Shown: positions 1 to 10,837 of the stretch, in pieces
How the letters are laid out: each line of letters opens with the position of its first letter
Numbering within the stretch: position 1 is the stretch's first letter
Assembly: GCA_003971905.1 (NCBI GenBank)
Contig: RSEE01000015.1
Location: forward strand, 310,001-374,000
Direction of reading: 5' to 3'
Source of the DNA: Moniliella sp. 'wahieum'
Lineage: Eukaryota
DNA length: 64,000 nt
The notes under the pieces: model-generated
The model's input: only the letters and a program-made list of their open reading frames with translations
Database searches by the model: none
Told to the model about the DNA's origin: nothing
Translations under genes and position numbers: made by a program

Positions 1-1057
1 CCACGGTAAATGAGCTTCAGTTCATCACCCACGGCCAGGCGCACCTCGCCCGACTCAAGTTTGGGAAGCGACATCCATGCCACCTTTCGCATGTTGAGTC
101 CTTGGTCCCAACGAATCTTCACATTTTCTTGGGTCTGCGACTCCTTCAATTTCTTGTCGTAATCAGCTTCGATTTTGACGAACGGGCCCAAGATGTTTTG
201 ATACTGGAACGCATCCTCGTACCGCAGCAGAATCCCCGGCGGATCTTCATCCAACCCAGGCTTATCAATGTCCTCGAGCGTCGCCTTGGCATTTTCCTTC
301 CATAGCTCTTCAAGGCGGTTGTTTTGGTGAAACGTGATTCCCTGCTTGGGAGCCTGCGCCATCTCAGCATCGGTAGGGGCCTTGACGAGCCACGTAAGGA
401 AGGCCTTGTCCTCAATGAGCGGCGCCCAGCGAGATGTGTCCGAGCGGCAAAGCCTCCATTCCCACGGTGGCCAAACCGGCCCAGATCGACGGATCGTGCG
501 CCGTCGCGGCTCCACTTGTGGAGGTACGTTTCTCCTCCGTTCTGCTTGGCCATTGTTGATGAACGCCAGAGGTCCAACCGCAGTGTAGGCCGTGCCGTTA
601 AAGACCAAAGAATACACACCCCCAATAGCACTGGCCAAGCGACGGTCATACTTGGCAATCAAGAAGAGAAGGCCACTGTTCAATGGAAGGGTTAGATCAG
701 TCGACAGGAGGAGAGGAGAGTTGAAACATACCCTGAACGCAACATAAGGAGACGCGTGGGTTGGCCTTTGAAGAGCGCCCATGTCCTGCGACGAACATGT
801 ATGCGCCCCAGTACCGACACAATGTCCATTCCCCCGCCGTCAACCGAGACTGAATGGGCCGACTCGCATCGACTGGTTCCGGTCACCCTTCTTCTGGTGG
901 TCGCCAGCATTGATGCGGCTCGCAGTGGCACCTTGCCTCGTCCCCAACCGATCGTCCGCACCGAAGTGGTTCGTGCCACCTCACCCCCTCTGTAATGCGA
1001 TCGACACTGGGTCGGTCGGGTCCTGTCGTGCCGTGCTCGTCCCACACGGGTTCCCAT
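1..1057 (-). CDS. UPF1: UPF1/NAM7-like RNA helicase, 5' part only (runs off window), with a non-canonical N-terminus
   Basis: Minus frame is open from 675 to 1 and reads [16 protein letters not shown]...[76 protein letters not shown], the UPF1 stalk/1B region. A GTATGT..CTAAC..CAG intron at 731-676 joins it in frame to ORF 692..1111. Start codon uncertain (ATG at 1057 chosen). Confidence 0.85.
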
Positions 1058-2659
1058 CCCAAGAAACCCCGGGGGCGGGCCTCCCGCCGGGCGCCCAACG
1101 CTGATGGCCAAAGCCCGGGCGCTCCCTTTTCAGTCTCTGCTACGGGGACAATGCCTCCCCTTGATGATTGACGGCTTTTTTGCATGTGTGGGGCTCGCCA
1201 CCATCACAAGTACCCTGATCCTCTCTCCCCCGTTTCTGGGACACGGGAGGGACAAGCTCCATTCTCCTCCGTTTCCGGCTGCGATCGATCTTCTTCCGGT
1301 CTGCGCTTACAGAATCAAACACGTTTTCTCGATCAGACACACATAGCCTTGATCTAGCACGTTACAATCGCCAACCAGAAAGGTTTGGCCTGTGCGGTTC
1401 GACGTACCTTTTGGAAATCTGGGTTGGACAAGTGAGCATGTGGCCTGGTGGTCTTGTGGACGTTGGGGCCTTGTGGTATCACGAACGGGGGCTGGGTCCC
1501 TCGCCGGCAACTGGCCTGGGGCTTTCATCCGCCGTTGCCCCTGACCCAGGAGAATCGGCGAGGCAGATGGAGGCGGTCAGGCAGGGGCCGCCAAAAAGCC
1601 TCGCCTGGCTTCCCATCCGCACCGGTCGCACATTCCATCCCCAAGTTGTTCTGCGTGGCGGCGATGGTGGTGGGCAATGGCGCGAGTGTTGGGCATGACG
1701 GCACAAGCGAGCCAGTCTCCAGCCGCGCTCTTTTGTCGGCGTACCGACGACCGCGCTGCGGGCTGGCATTGCACATTTCAAGTCCGCGTTCCCCATGGGG
1801 ATGCGCCACATGTCGCATCTTGTGCGATCGCATGCGACACGTCGCACTACTATTACGTGGCTACGACCCACGAGAGGGAGAGATAGCTGGCCGATCCATC
1901 CCAGTAGACTAATCTTGGGGACCCCGCGGTCGTGACATGCAAACGTGGCTCGCATCGGTCGGTTGGACCATCGAGGAACAGAGGAAAGGAATCATCTGTG
2001 GCCAGGCGTATAAAAGGATCGGGGATGAGCGCAGCGACAGAGTGCTGTACAACAGAAAATTATACCGGCGGTGAGGTTGCCATGGATCAAGCCGTGGTCA
2101 TATGGATCGGGGCGCGAAAGCCAAATGGATTTGCTTTATTGTGGACTGTATGTATTCCAGGGGGACAGATGACCATGGAGGTGACGCTTGAGAAAGTGGT
2201 CCACTGAGCAGGCCTTTTCCGGTCAGACACAATGTAAACTGGGTTATGTCGCTTGTAGAGAATCACCTCGTGCACGTGTGCCCAACCAATAACGTCCGTC
2301 GGTTCATGGTGCCGACTTCATGCAGACTCTGGGCGTGTTCCAACGTCTTGGCGCGCCTGGCCTTGTCGTTGGCACTCGCACTGATCATCAGCTGTTTGCT
2401 GCTCTTCATCGTCTGCCGACGAAAGAGGCTGTACAATCCGGATTAGCGTTCCTGTGGTCCACTCGCAGTGATAGGTCTGGATCCGTACCCTTGCATCTTG
2501 ATCGGAAGGATGGGCCTCAGACATCTCAGTGACCAAAGTGGGGTTGCCTTTTGGATACAGTCGAGGCGAGAACGGGCCCGGATCAGAAGAAGGGTGACGA
2601 AGGGCTGGTGCTGATGGACGATGATAAATGACGGGACGAGGGGATTATGCCGTCGTCGT

Positions 2660-4015
2660 CTATGACGGGCTGGGAAGATGGAAATGCGTCGGCCCAGCTG
2701 CTGGGTGATGCTGGGAAAGGGGAATATGGGCGGTAGCGCAAGGCGTGCTTGGGCGATGATGAGTTGGCCACATAGCTAATCGAAAATGCCGGTAACAAGG
2801 TTCCGGATAGATATGAGGACTACGTACGAAATTCAAGGTGGGCAAGACCCACAAGATTGTGCACCAGAAATTTCGATTAGCCATGCATCTGCACCATTTT
2901 TCGTTTTCGTCGCAGACGAGGACGAGGTGGGGGGTGCGCGCCGCAGCCTCGCGTTGCGCACGATTGGCATCAGCCATCCGGGTACTCGCAGGGCACGGTC
3001 GATGGCAGCTTGCGGTCCTCGCTGTATATGGGACCGCAACGCCGAGGAGGTAGAAGAGGACGAGGAAGAAGATGAAGAAGATAAACGACTAGGAGGAAGA
3101 TGAGGAGGGGGAGGAGGGTGTTGGGTGCCCGGTTGGCCATAGCCGAACCCGCCATAGTGGTCTTAATGGTACTTGTGCAACCTATGTGCCTCGGCCCTGC
3201 GCTGCTGCGGCGCGAGTCGGGGTTGGGGGCATAGGTCCAGGGTTGTTTGCGATTACGGCGAGACCGGGGGCGCGATACATCCATTGCCACTTGGGAAAAC
3301 TCATCAAGCTCTGCTTCGGCCCCTGAACGCTTGCCGCCCGGAAAGCCATCCGCCATAAACTTAGCGTACCCGTCCGACAGCAAAGCTGATTTCCTCTGCT
3401 GTGCCTCGGAAGTCAGGTATTGAGCGTGTGCAACTTGGCCTCCAGCACTTGGATCTTGCTTTCCGCCTCGGCCACTTGGGCCGTGCCAGCATCAGTTTCC
3501 TGTTCCGTCATGGCAGCCTGAGCCTTCTTTGCGCTGCCAAATAGGTAATGCGCGCTCGGCGTGGCCACCGTCGCTTTCTCCCCGTCTTGGTGGTGGTTGC
3601 TCCTTCTTCCTTTGCAGTCCCCGCAGTGAGCACGGCCAACATTCCCGAGACACCCTGCTCGATCACAGCGCTGCGCTGCGCTTCGAGCCGGCTCAGTCCG
3701 GCCGCATGCTCCGCCTTGACTTGCGCCACGGCGTCGGACGCTGCACTGGCCGCGGTGGCTTGGGATGTGGCGGTAGCCTGCTGCAGCTGCGCCAAGACAG
3801 CATGCTTTTGTGCTAGAGTGCGACTTGGGAGCACTCGCGATCCTATGGATCAGCTGCGAAGCAGCCTTCAGACAAGGCGTGAAGGCAAAGTGGTGAGCCA
3901 CAAGTCTTCAAGCAACGTCTGATTGTGAGGAGCAACAGGTCAAGAAAGGAAGCAGAGCGTACCTTCAGACAAGGCGTGAAGGCAAAGTGGTGAGCCACAA
4001 GTCTTCAAGCAACGT
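2660..4015 (-). pseudogene. Degraded or frameshifted hypothetical coiled-coil protein gene
   Basis: Successive minus ORFs (3508..3834, 3413..3901, 2970..3383) give an Ala/Gln/Glu-rich heptad-like segment, broken by shifts and a stop. Splice-like signals lie at 3919-4060. No family recognised. Confidence 0.3.
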
Positions 4016-4019
4016 CTGA
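3865..4019. repeat. Perfect 58-bp direct repeat (3865-3922 and 3962-4019) with a 39-bp spacer
   Basis: CCTTCAGACAAGGCGTGAAGGCAAAGTGGTGAGCCACAAGTCTTCAAGCAACGTCTGA occurs twice. Confidence 0.95.
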
Positions 4020-5279
4020 AGGGAAGGAGAAAGGAGAGAAGAAGGGAGATGGAGCGAGCAGGGCGTGCGCGGCCTGCGAGTGGAACGCTTCCGCTCGGCT
4101 AGGCGAGCGTCACCGATCCATTGAGGGCCGCGCAGGAGAACCCTAGCAGTACCCTCTAACATTTTGGTCTTCCACTCGGAGAAAGATGGGTGACAGACAT
4201 AAAATAGCAAGGGGTGGGGCGAAAGAGACCGCTCAGCCCAGTGACTCAGATCAGATCTGAGGCCCTGATATAGCAATTGAAGCACAGGCAAGGGGCTATA
4301 GTGTGGGATCGATGAGAGGGGGGGACATCCGCACCCCACTAGCTCGGGCACTGCGCCTGCGGCTCCTCCTGTGGGGCACATATGCCAGTGAAATCCCAGC
4401 GATATGCTCACAGCTGTGCCATCCGCCCAGAGAGCTACCCCATCGCCCCTCTGCATAGCCTGCCGCTGTTGCTGCTGGCAAAGGCACAAAAGATGGGCAT
4501 TCTCGCCGTCCTGGGTCTCAATCGCTAATCGTGTGGGTAATGCCCCACCCGTATACCCCGCCACAGATCGAGTCCCACCGCCTTCTCCCTCCGGTTTGCA
4601 TGCCCTTTCTCGACCACTTTCATCGTCCCACTCGGCACATTAATATGCACTGACTCTGGCTGCCCACATGCCCCATAGCAAAAAAGCCCAGGATGGAGCG
4701 CCATTGACGTGTAGCGGCAATGGAGAGGCGATGATCGACTGTGACATGTGACATGTGAACATTCATCGTTGATAATCGATCTCGCAGTACAGGCCACGCC
4801 GTGCTGGTATGATAGAAACGTTGCTGTTACTCAATAACGCTCCTATCCGAGCTGTGGCTTCAATGGGTGCCCAAACGGCGCAGGGTATATACCTTGTTTG
4901 CCTCGTCGGAAAGACAGAGAGGGTACTCTCCGACATATAGCTTGAGATGTATATTATGCAGGGGATCACAATAACGTTCATCAAGACACAATCAAACACT
5001 GTGCGGACTGATATGTTGGTACTTAGTATATGTACTAGTGCTGTGGGGGGTTATGCATTTTATGTAGCTTGCCCACCCCCAGACCACTGGAGACGGGAGA
5101 CGGGCTTATAGGGACTTTGTGAATAAGACATGTGCGGGTATCGGTACTACTCTGCTACCGCCCCTGCAGCCCCGTGCGTCTCGACCAGTCCCAATCTCAC
5201 AATCCTTGCTGGTAGGACGAAAATATATACACCACACAATACAAGTCTGCAAAAGCGCTTTTTATATTGTGTGCATTCC

Positions 5280-5740
5280 ATTGACAGAGCTTAAGGCTGG
5301 GACAGGGGGAACGCTACGTCTAAACCGAACCGTTCATCTTGCGGGGGTTACTTGGAAGCGCCACCAAGATTAAGGGACCAGGGGGATCGCCAGGATATCA
5401 GGACCCTCCGGCTCACGCCATCCGGTCCCGTACCCTAGGAAGCGCGTGTGGACACGGAGGAACGTGGTTGACATACGAGCGAGGAACCATTCCCCACTGA
5501 GACTTAGTAGCCAACTCCTTCCAATGCGCAAACAACTTGCCCGCCGTCTTGGTGCCGTAGTATCCTCGCGTCGTCAAAACCAGGGGGAAAAACGGTTCTT
5601 GAGTGCGTCCCTGGTACTTGGCGTTCTTGTCGCATTCTGCTTGTTCAAGCAGCCGAAGCAGTTCCTTCTCCCGGCGTTCCAAGGCGACGCAGTGCTCTCA
5701 TGCACCACCCGCCGGTACGCGCTCTGCGCCTCCTAATTAG
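5280..5740 (-). mobile_element. 5'-truncated non-LTR retrotransposon remnant: restriction-like endonuclease C-terminus plus 3' UTR, CRE/Cnl1-like
   Basis: ORF 5413..5682 contains AECDKNAKYQGRTQEPFFPLVLTTRGYYG, fitting the K-x2-KY...F-x-P-h-V...G pattern of RLE domains. A shifted frame continues RMSTTFLRVHTRF. The 3' segment recurs at about 9985-10048. Confidence 0.6.
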
Positions 5741-6228
5741 ACACAGTTCAATTCTGTGTGGCACTAAAAGGGAGAAAGACAAGGGCATAGTAACTAAGTT
5801 ATTAAAGCTCTCACGTTTCCCCCTGCACTCCAAAAGCACCGTTCGAGACTTTTCGGACCACCCATCTCATGCACACTGATCATTTGTGTGCCACACGGCC
5901 TATAGGATGTGCATATGTGTGGTGGCCGAGAAGAGCGCAAACATCGTTAGATCACATATGTCTGCTTTTACCCTCTCACATGCATGTTGGCACACACAGC
6001 ATTCTCTTCTCCGCGACAGACTCTCCTGCACAGTGTGCGGGGCTATGTAAGGTAATCTTGACACAAAAGCTCCCAAAGGCGAAGATATCATGCCCTCTTG
6101 AGGCCAATCTCATAGACCTCTCCCGCGTCCACTTTCCTTCCATTTTCCTTTCCTCAACACATCTCACGCCCACACCCACCTCTTTCCATTTTCCTAGCAT
6201 CCAACGCTGCTCACGACCTTTTTTCATT

Positions 6229-7662
6229 ATGCAGCTCATTCGTAACAGTCTGGTTATTCTGCCGTGCTGGCGCTTGATGCCACAAGCGCCCTGGCTGCTC
6301 CCTTGCTCTCCACCAGCCGGCGCTCGAGCACGATGCCTCTTGCGCAACAGCGAACGTAACATCTTGAGTGACGGCGTGGTGGACAAGGACAAGCTCTCCA
6401 AAGAACTTCTTCGTTTGCGTACCAAGTATGCCACTGGATTGACCAACTATGAACGCAACGTTGGCAAAAAGCACGCGCACGATGCCACACCTCGTCCACC
6501 GTGACACGGGCAGCATCCTCCTCGGCGTACAGGAGGACGGTGCTCTTTGGACCGGACAGGCTAAGTGGGGTGGCCAGCTGATCGAGCTAGGTTCGTCCTT
6601 TCCTCCTAATGCGGATGACAGGGAGTGGGATAAAGTAACTCATCTTCTTCGCCTTTTGGAAACAGACTTTGACACGGGCAGCGCGGACACCCTGGTTGTC
6701 CCAAACGCTTACCTCGCCCTCCAAATCGAGCGCATCCAGGAATACCGGCACCACGTTTAACATTTCCTACGGCGACGGCACTAGCGCATCCGGTGAAGTG
6801 TACTCGGATACCCTGGCTCTTGGCGGTTTGTCGGCCGACAAGGCCTACATTGGCCTCTCAAAGCAGTCGTTCCTCCGCAGTGACGGCAACAGCCAGGGCA
6901 TCAGTGGGATGGCCTTCCCTTCAATTTGCACCTTTAAGCAAAAAGAGCCCTTCTTCCAATCGCTCATCAAGGCTGGTGGACTGGACCAGGAAGGGTTCAT
7001 GTTCAAGGTGCGGAACCACTCGCAATCGACTCTGACTCTTGGTTCGCTTAGCTCTACCGCCGTGTATGTGCCAGTGACAGAGGCGGCATACTGGACCGTC
7101 AATGCCAAGATTAACCAGCAGTCCATCTCGGCCATCATTGATTCGGGCACGACGTTGATTGTGGGTGCGTACACATCACCTCTCTCTGTTTCATGATGGC
7201 GGTCATTGTCTTCACACACCATACAATAATGATAAGCTGACGCGAGAGGTCTCTGTCCATGATGTTTTCCTTACTACTATAGCCCCCACTGCCCAGGCCA
7301 CCCAGCTCTACAAGTCGCTGGGGCTTAAGGCCCAGCGTGACCTACTAGGCTCGGTCACGGCTACGTTTGATTGCGCCTCCCCCCCAAGGTGAGCATGACC
7401 TTTGGCTCCAAGACCATCTCCCTTGGTGAAGCTACATCTTATGGCAAGGATGACGATGGCAAGTGTGTGTTTGCCGTAGTTGGCCAAGACATTGGTACTG
7501 ACAGTTGGGTCACGGGCGACGCCCTCTTCCGCAACACCGTACGTTCTCCCCCCCCCGACACAAACACCGCCACCCTCCATACACACCTGGTAGTACTGAC
7601 CTCGTTTCCTCTTGCAGGTGGTCTCGTTTGACGTGGCCAACAAGCATGTCGGCTTTGATTAG
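6229..7662 (+). CDS. Secreted pepsin-like aspartic protease (family A1), 4 exons
   Basis: Hydrophobic N-terminus and pro-region. Catalytic motifs LDFDTGSAD and IIDSGTTLI, flap motif ISYGDGT, terminal GDALFRNT/VVSFD...VGF. GT-AG introns at 6591-6665, 7165-7282 and 7539-7617. Several 1-bp shifts. Confidence 0.93.
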
Positions 7663-8033
7663 AAAACTGGATCATCGTGTACCTTTTTCTCCTTTTTCTC
7701 ATTTGTTGGCTGTCCCCGCGTTAAGAAAAGAGCGATCAGCAGCAGATACTCTTTCTTCCTCCCTCCGCGTTCTCTTTCTTTTTTGGCCCTGTCCATGTAT
7801 TGGCGCACACTCTATTCAAAAGGGTTTGTCAAGTCGGGCCTCACGAATCTGCCTTCAACCACAAAACACGCACGCGCTTCTCTATGTTTTCACAACCCTC
7901 ATTCCCTTCTCTCCACTCATTGTTCGAATATTCATAGTTCAGATGGACCCCTCTGTGTGACCTTATCTGCCCTTCAATCATCTCTTCGGGTTTACCAGGC
8001 AAATGAACGGAGGATATGGGTCCCCTATACAAA

Positions 8034-9400
8034 CTAAAACCAGATCAACCAGACAGGGGAGAGATTGGGCATAACACCCACCCACCCGCGTCGATAAAGA
8101 TTCATTGGGATGCGTCGTGAGGGGAAGAAATTGAGGCTACACCTGGGGTTGAGCCGGTGCCTCTGTTGGAGTCTCGAACGATCCCAGCGGGGGCTCGTTA
8201 GCGTGGCGGCGGTACTGACTGCCAGCCCGCCTGGGTGCCTTCGATTCAGCTTCGTCCAGCGTCTCGCGCTCCAAGTGGAGACGTTTGGCTTTTCCCATCG
8301 CCTGTGCATCCCACAAGGCCTCCGACCGTTCCAGAAGCACTCTCTGATGCGCCGTCGGTCCAGCGCAACTTGTACAACAGGCAGTAGGTGATTTCCGCTG
8401 ACCCAATTCCATATCCCCCGCATCTCTAACCGCCGCACTACGGCCCAAGCAGAGGAGAGCTTGTTGCGTTCGAACATGCACATGTACCACAACTGGTGCA
8501 GCTCAAACGATGCCTTGAGACGCAGCTCGGACGTCTCCCATGCGCGGTTAAGACGGGTCCCGGCCCAGCATTCCCTCGTGGAGTGTGACAGGAACAACAA
8601 TGTTGCCATACTCTTCCTTGTGCGCCTCGTCGTTCCCCATGTTCACCGGGCCGCAGTATTTGATCGAATGCTCCGCTTCGCTGACAGGGATCACGTCGAA
8701 AACCTTGAGCAGAGAATACCACACCGGGGCACAGAATACTGCAGAATACCACGGACATCCGGATCAGTGAGAGTGACGCGGGTACCGTTTGCTGCACCAC
8801 ATTGTGCGGCGTCTCGGTATGGGCCAAAGCATGCGCCGCGGGCGGGCTTGATGGGTATAACCAGGGGTTTGATGCCTTGCTGGGGACGCGGAACTCGACC
8901 GCGCGTCGAGTTGTGGATGGGCACGGTGGAGGTGCCATCGCCATTGGGTCGCGGGGTCATGGAGTTGTTCTACAGGCTTTTGCCGGTACAGCGGACCGTG
9001 ATGTTCTTCCGGATGGGCAGTGGCAAGGGGCGTGGCAAGGGCGAAGTAGGTGCGACCTTGACGTTTTGCGGCAGGAAGTTGCCCAAGGCATAGCGACCGC
9101 TCTTGATGAAGCGCTACGAGAACTGGGATTGCATGTCGCGCATTTTTTGCACCTGCTCCGCCGTCGCATTCTCCGGCAGCTTGACTGCGAACTGTTCGCC
9201 CGGCTGGGGGGGCAGCGGGGCGTCGGTGTGCTTGGCGCACACATTGGCGAGGTGAGCGAGAGCAAAAGTGGCGTGGGGGCGATGCTCAGCGCGGCAGGAG
9301 GCACGCCGAGACGGAGTGCGACGGCCAGCATCCTTCTTCCCCAGCTGTCTGTCGGTTGCGCCCTAAGAGCCGTCGGGTGAGGCAGCGTAGAAGGCGGGGG
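8034..9400 (-). pseudogene. Degraded hypothetical gene
   Basis: Protein-like minus-strand segments (e.g. IKYCGPVNMGNDEAHKEEYGNIVVPVTLHEGMLG) are interrupted by in-frame TAG/TGA and frameshifts. No family recognised. Confidence 0.3.
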
Positions 9401-9920
9401 GGTTACGCCTCGCAACAAGCACTGGTGGGGGTGGGGTCGCACCGACCGCTGCACGGGTCACCGGTCAGCGCGGAGCCAAGGATGATCGCGTGATCAATGT
9501 AGGATCGACAAGTGATGACATGTGACACGTGACATACATGACACTGGGCAGGTGCGGGAGGGGTCTTTGATAAGTTGGACGCTGGGCGATGACAGCGATG
9601 GCTTGGATTCGCGTTCGGTAAGGGTGGGCCCTGGTGGGCTCCCCCCTTCGACGCCACCCTCCACCACCGGCTCCAACCACTCACCCGCACCAGCAAGGAC
9701 ATCATCAGTTACCTGGTCCACCTTTTGGTGCCTCCCTCACGCTCCTCAAGTCCACTATGGCACATGTCGTGGGCGAAGTGTTGGAGACGCCCACATGTCC
9801 AACAACGGACGCCTCTCGCGAACCCCTTCCTAACCCTCTCCCCTTCTGACCCAGCTCTGTTTTTAGGCGCTTCCACCCTTGTCCCAGCCTGCCTTTTATG
9901 GCAGGTGCCAGATGGTGCCG

Positions 9921-10048
9921 ATCCGCTGGCGGCTTCCGGGATCTGGCCTATTAAATGTTTGGCGACAGCAAGCAAAACACAAGCCGGATGAGCAGGTCGG
10001 TCTAGGCGCAGCGCCAATTCTTTGTTCCTAGCCTTAAGCTCTGTCAAT
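9921..10048 (+). mobile_element. Second, diverged copy of the 3' segment of the element at 5280-5400, in the opposite orientation
   Basis: GATGAGCAGGTCGGTCTAGGCGCAGCG...AGCCTTAAGCTCTGTCAAT aligns with the reverse complement of 5280-5338 (GATGAACGGTTCGGTTTAGACGTAGCG...AGCCTTAAGCTCTGTCAAT). The last 19 nt are identical. Confidence 0.65.
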
Positions 10049-10304
10049 ACTATTCTTGCACCAGTAGGATGTGCCAAGGTCGGGGGAGAAGGACCAGTGG
10101 ACGGCAGAAAAGTAAGCCGAGTTGCACTCCACGTTTGTCCGAGCCCCACAGCGGACCTGGCGCTGCTGGCCGCGACACGTGCGTTGTGATCTGCAAAGAA
10201 AAACCCCAGTCCGAGTATAGCGAAAAGACAAGGAGGAATGGGTGTGGTACAACCCGGTCGCACGTCACGGTGCCTACCTCCGGACACCTGGTGACGTTTC
10301 CCAA

Positions 10305-10477
10305 GATGGATGGATGGATGGATGGATGAATGGATGGATGGATGGATGGAGGATGGATGGATGGATGGATGGATGGATGGATGGATGGATGGATGGATGG
10401 ATGGATGGATGGATGGATATGGATGGATGGATGGATGGATGGATGGATGGATGGATGGATGGATGGATGGATGGATG
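10305..10477. repeat. (GATG)n tetranucleotide microsatellite, about 170 bp
   Basis: Near-perfect GATG run with a few interruptions, read directly. Confidence 0.98.
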
Positions 10478-10837
10478 ATGTTTGAAGACGGGGCAAATGG
10501 TGTGCTGCTCTGCGTAGGCTGGACAGCTGGTATGGACTGAGATCCGAGGCTGCTCCAGTGCGTGGGGCTGCCAGTGAAAAGCTGCCGTGGCTGCGCGGAT
10601 GCCGGGAGACGCGCCGAGTGCGGCCCTGTGCCGCGCGGGGTAGTGTGATGCGTGTGATGTGGCGCCGCCGCGCGGAGGCAGGGGTGGGGCAGCCGGGCAG
10701 TGTCTCCGTGCAGCAGCTGCAGCGGGGCTGCCTTCAACCCTGCGCCTTGGGCCGCCTTCTGGCCCGCGCCCCCGCTCCCCCACGCAGCGCCCCCCCGGCG
10801 CCTCTTCGCCTCGCCTGCCCCCACTCCCTCGGCCGCC

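Noticed and set aside
2246..2446. 66-aa ORF with a TM-like segment and basic tail
   Set aside because: Too short, with no homology or gene-structure support.
3865..4019. Repeat-spacer-repeat read as a CRISPR array
   Set aside because: Only two units, a 58-bp repeat, a eukaryotic context and no cas genes.
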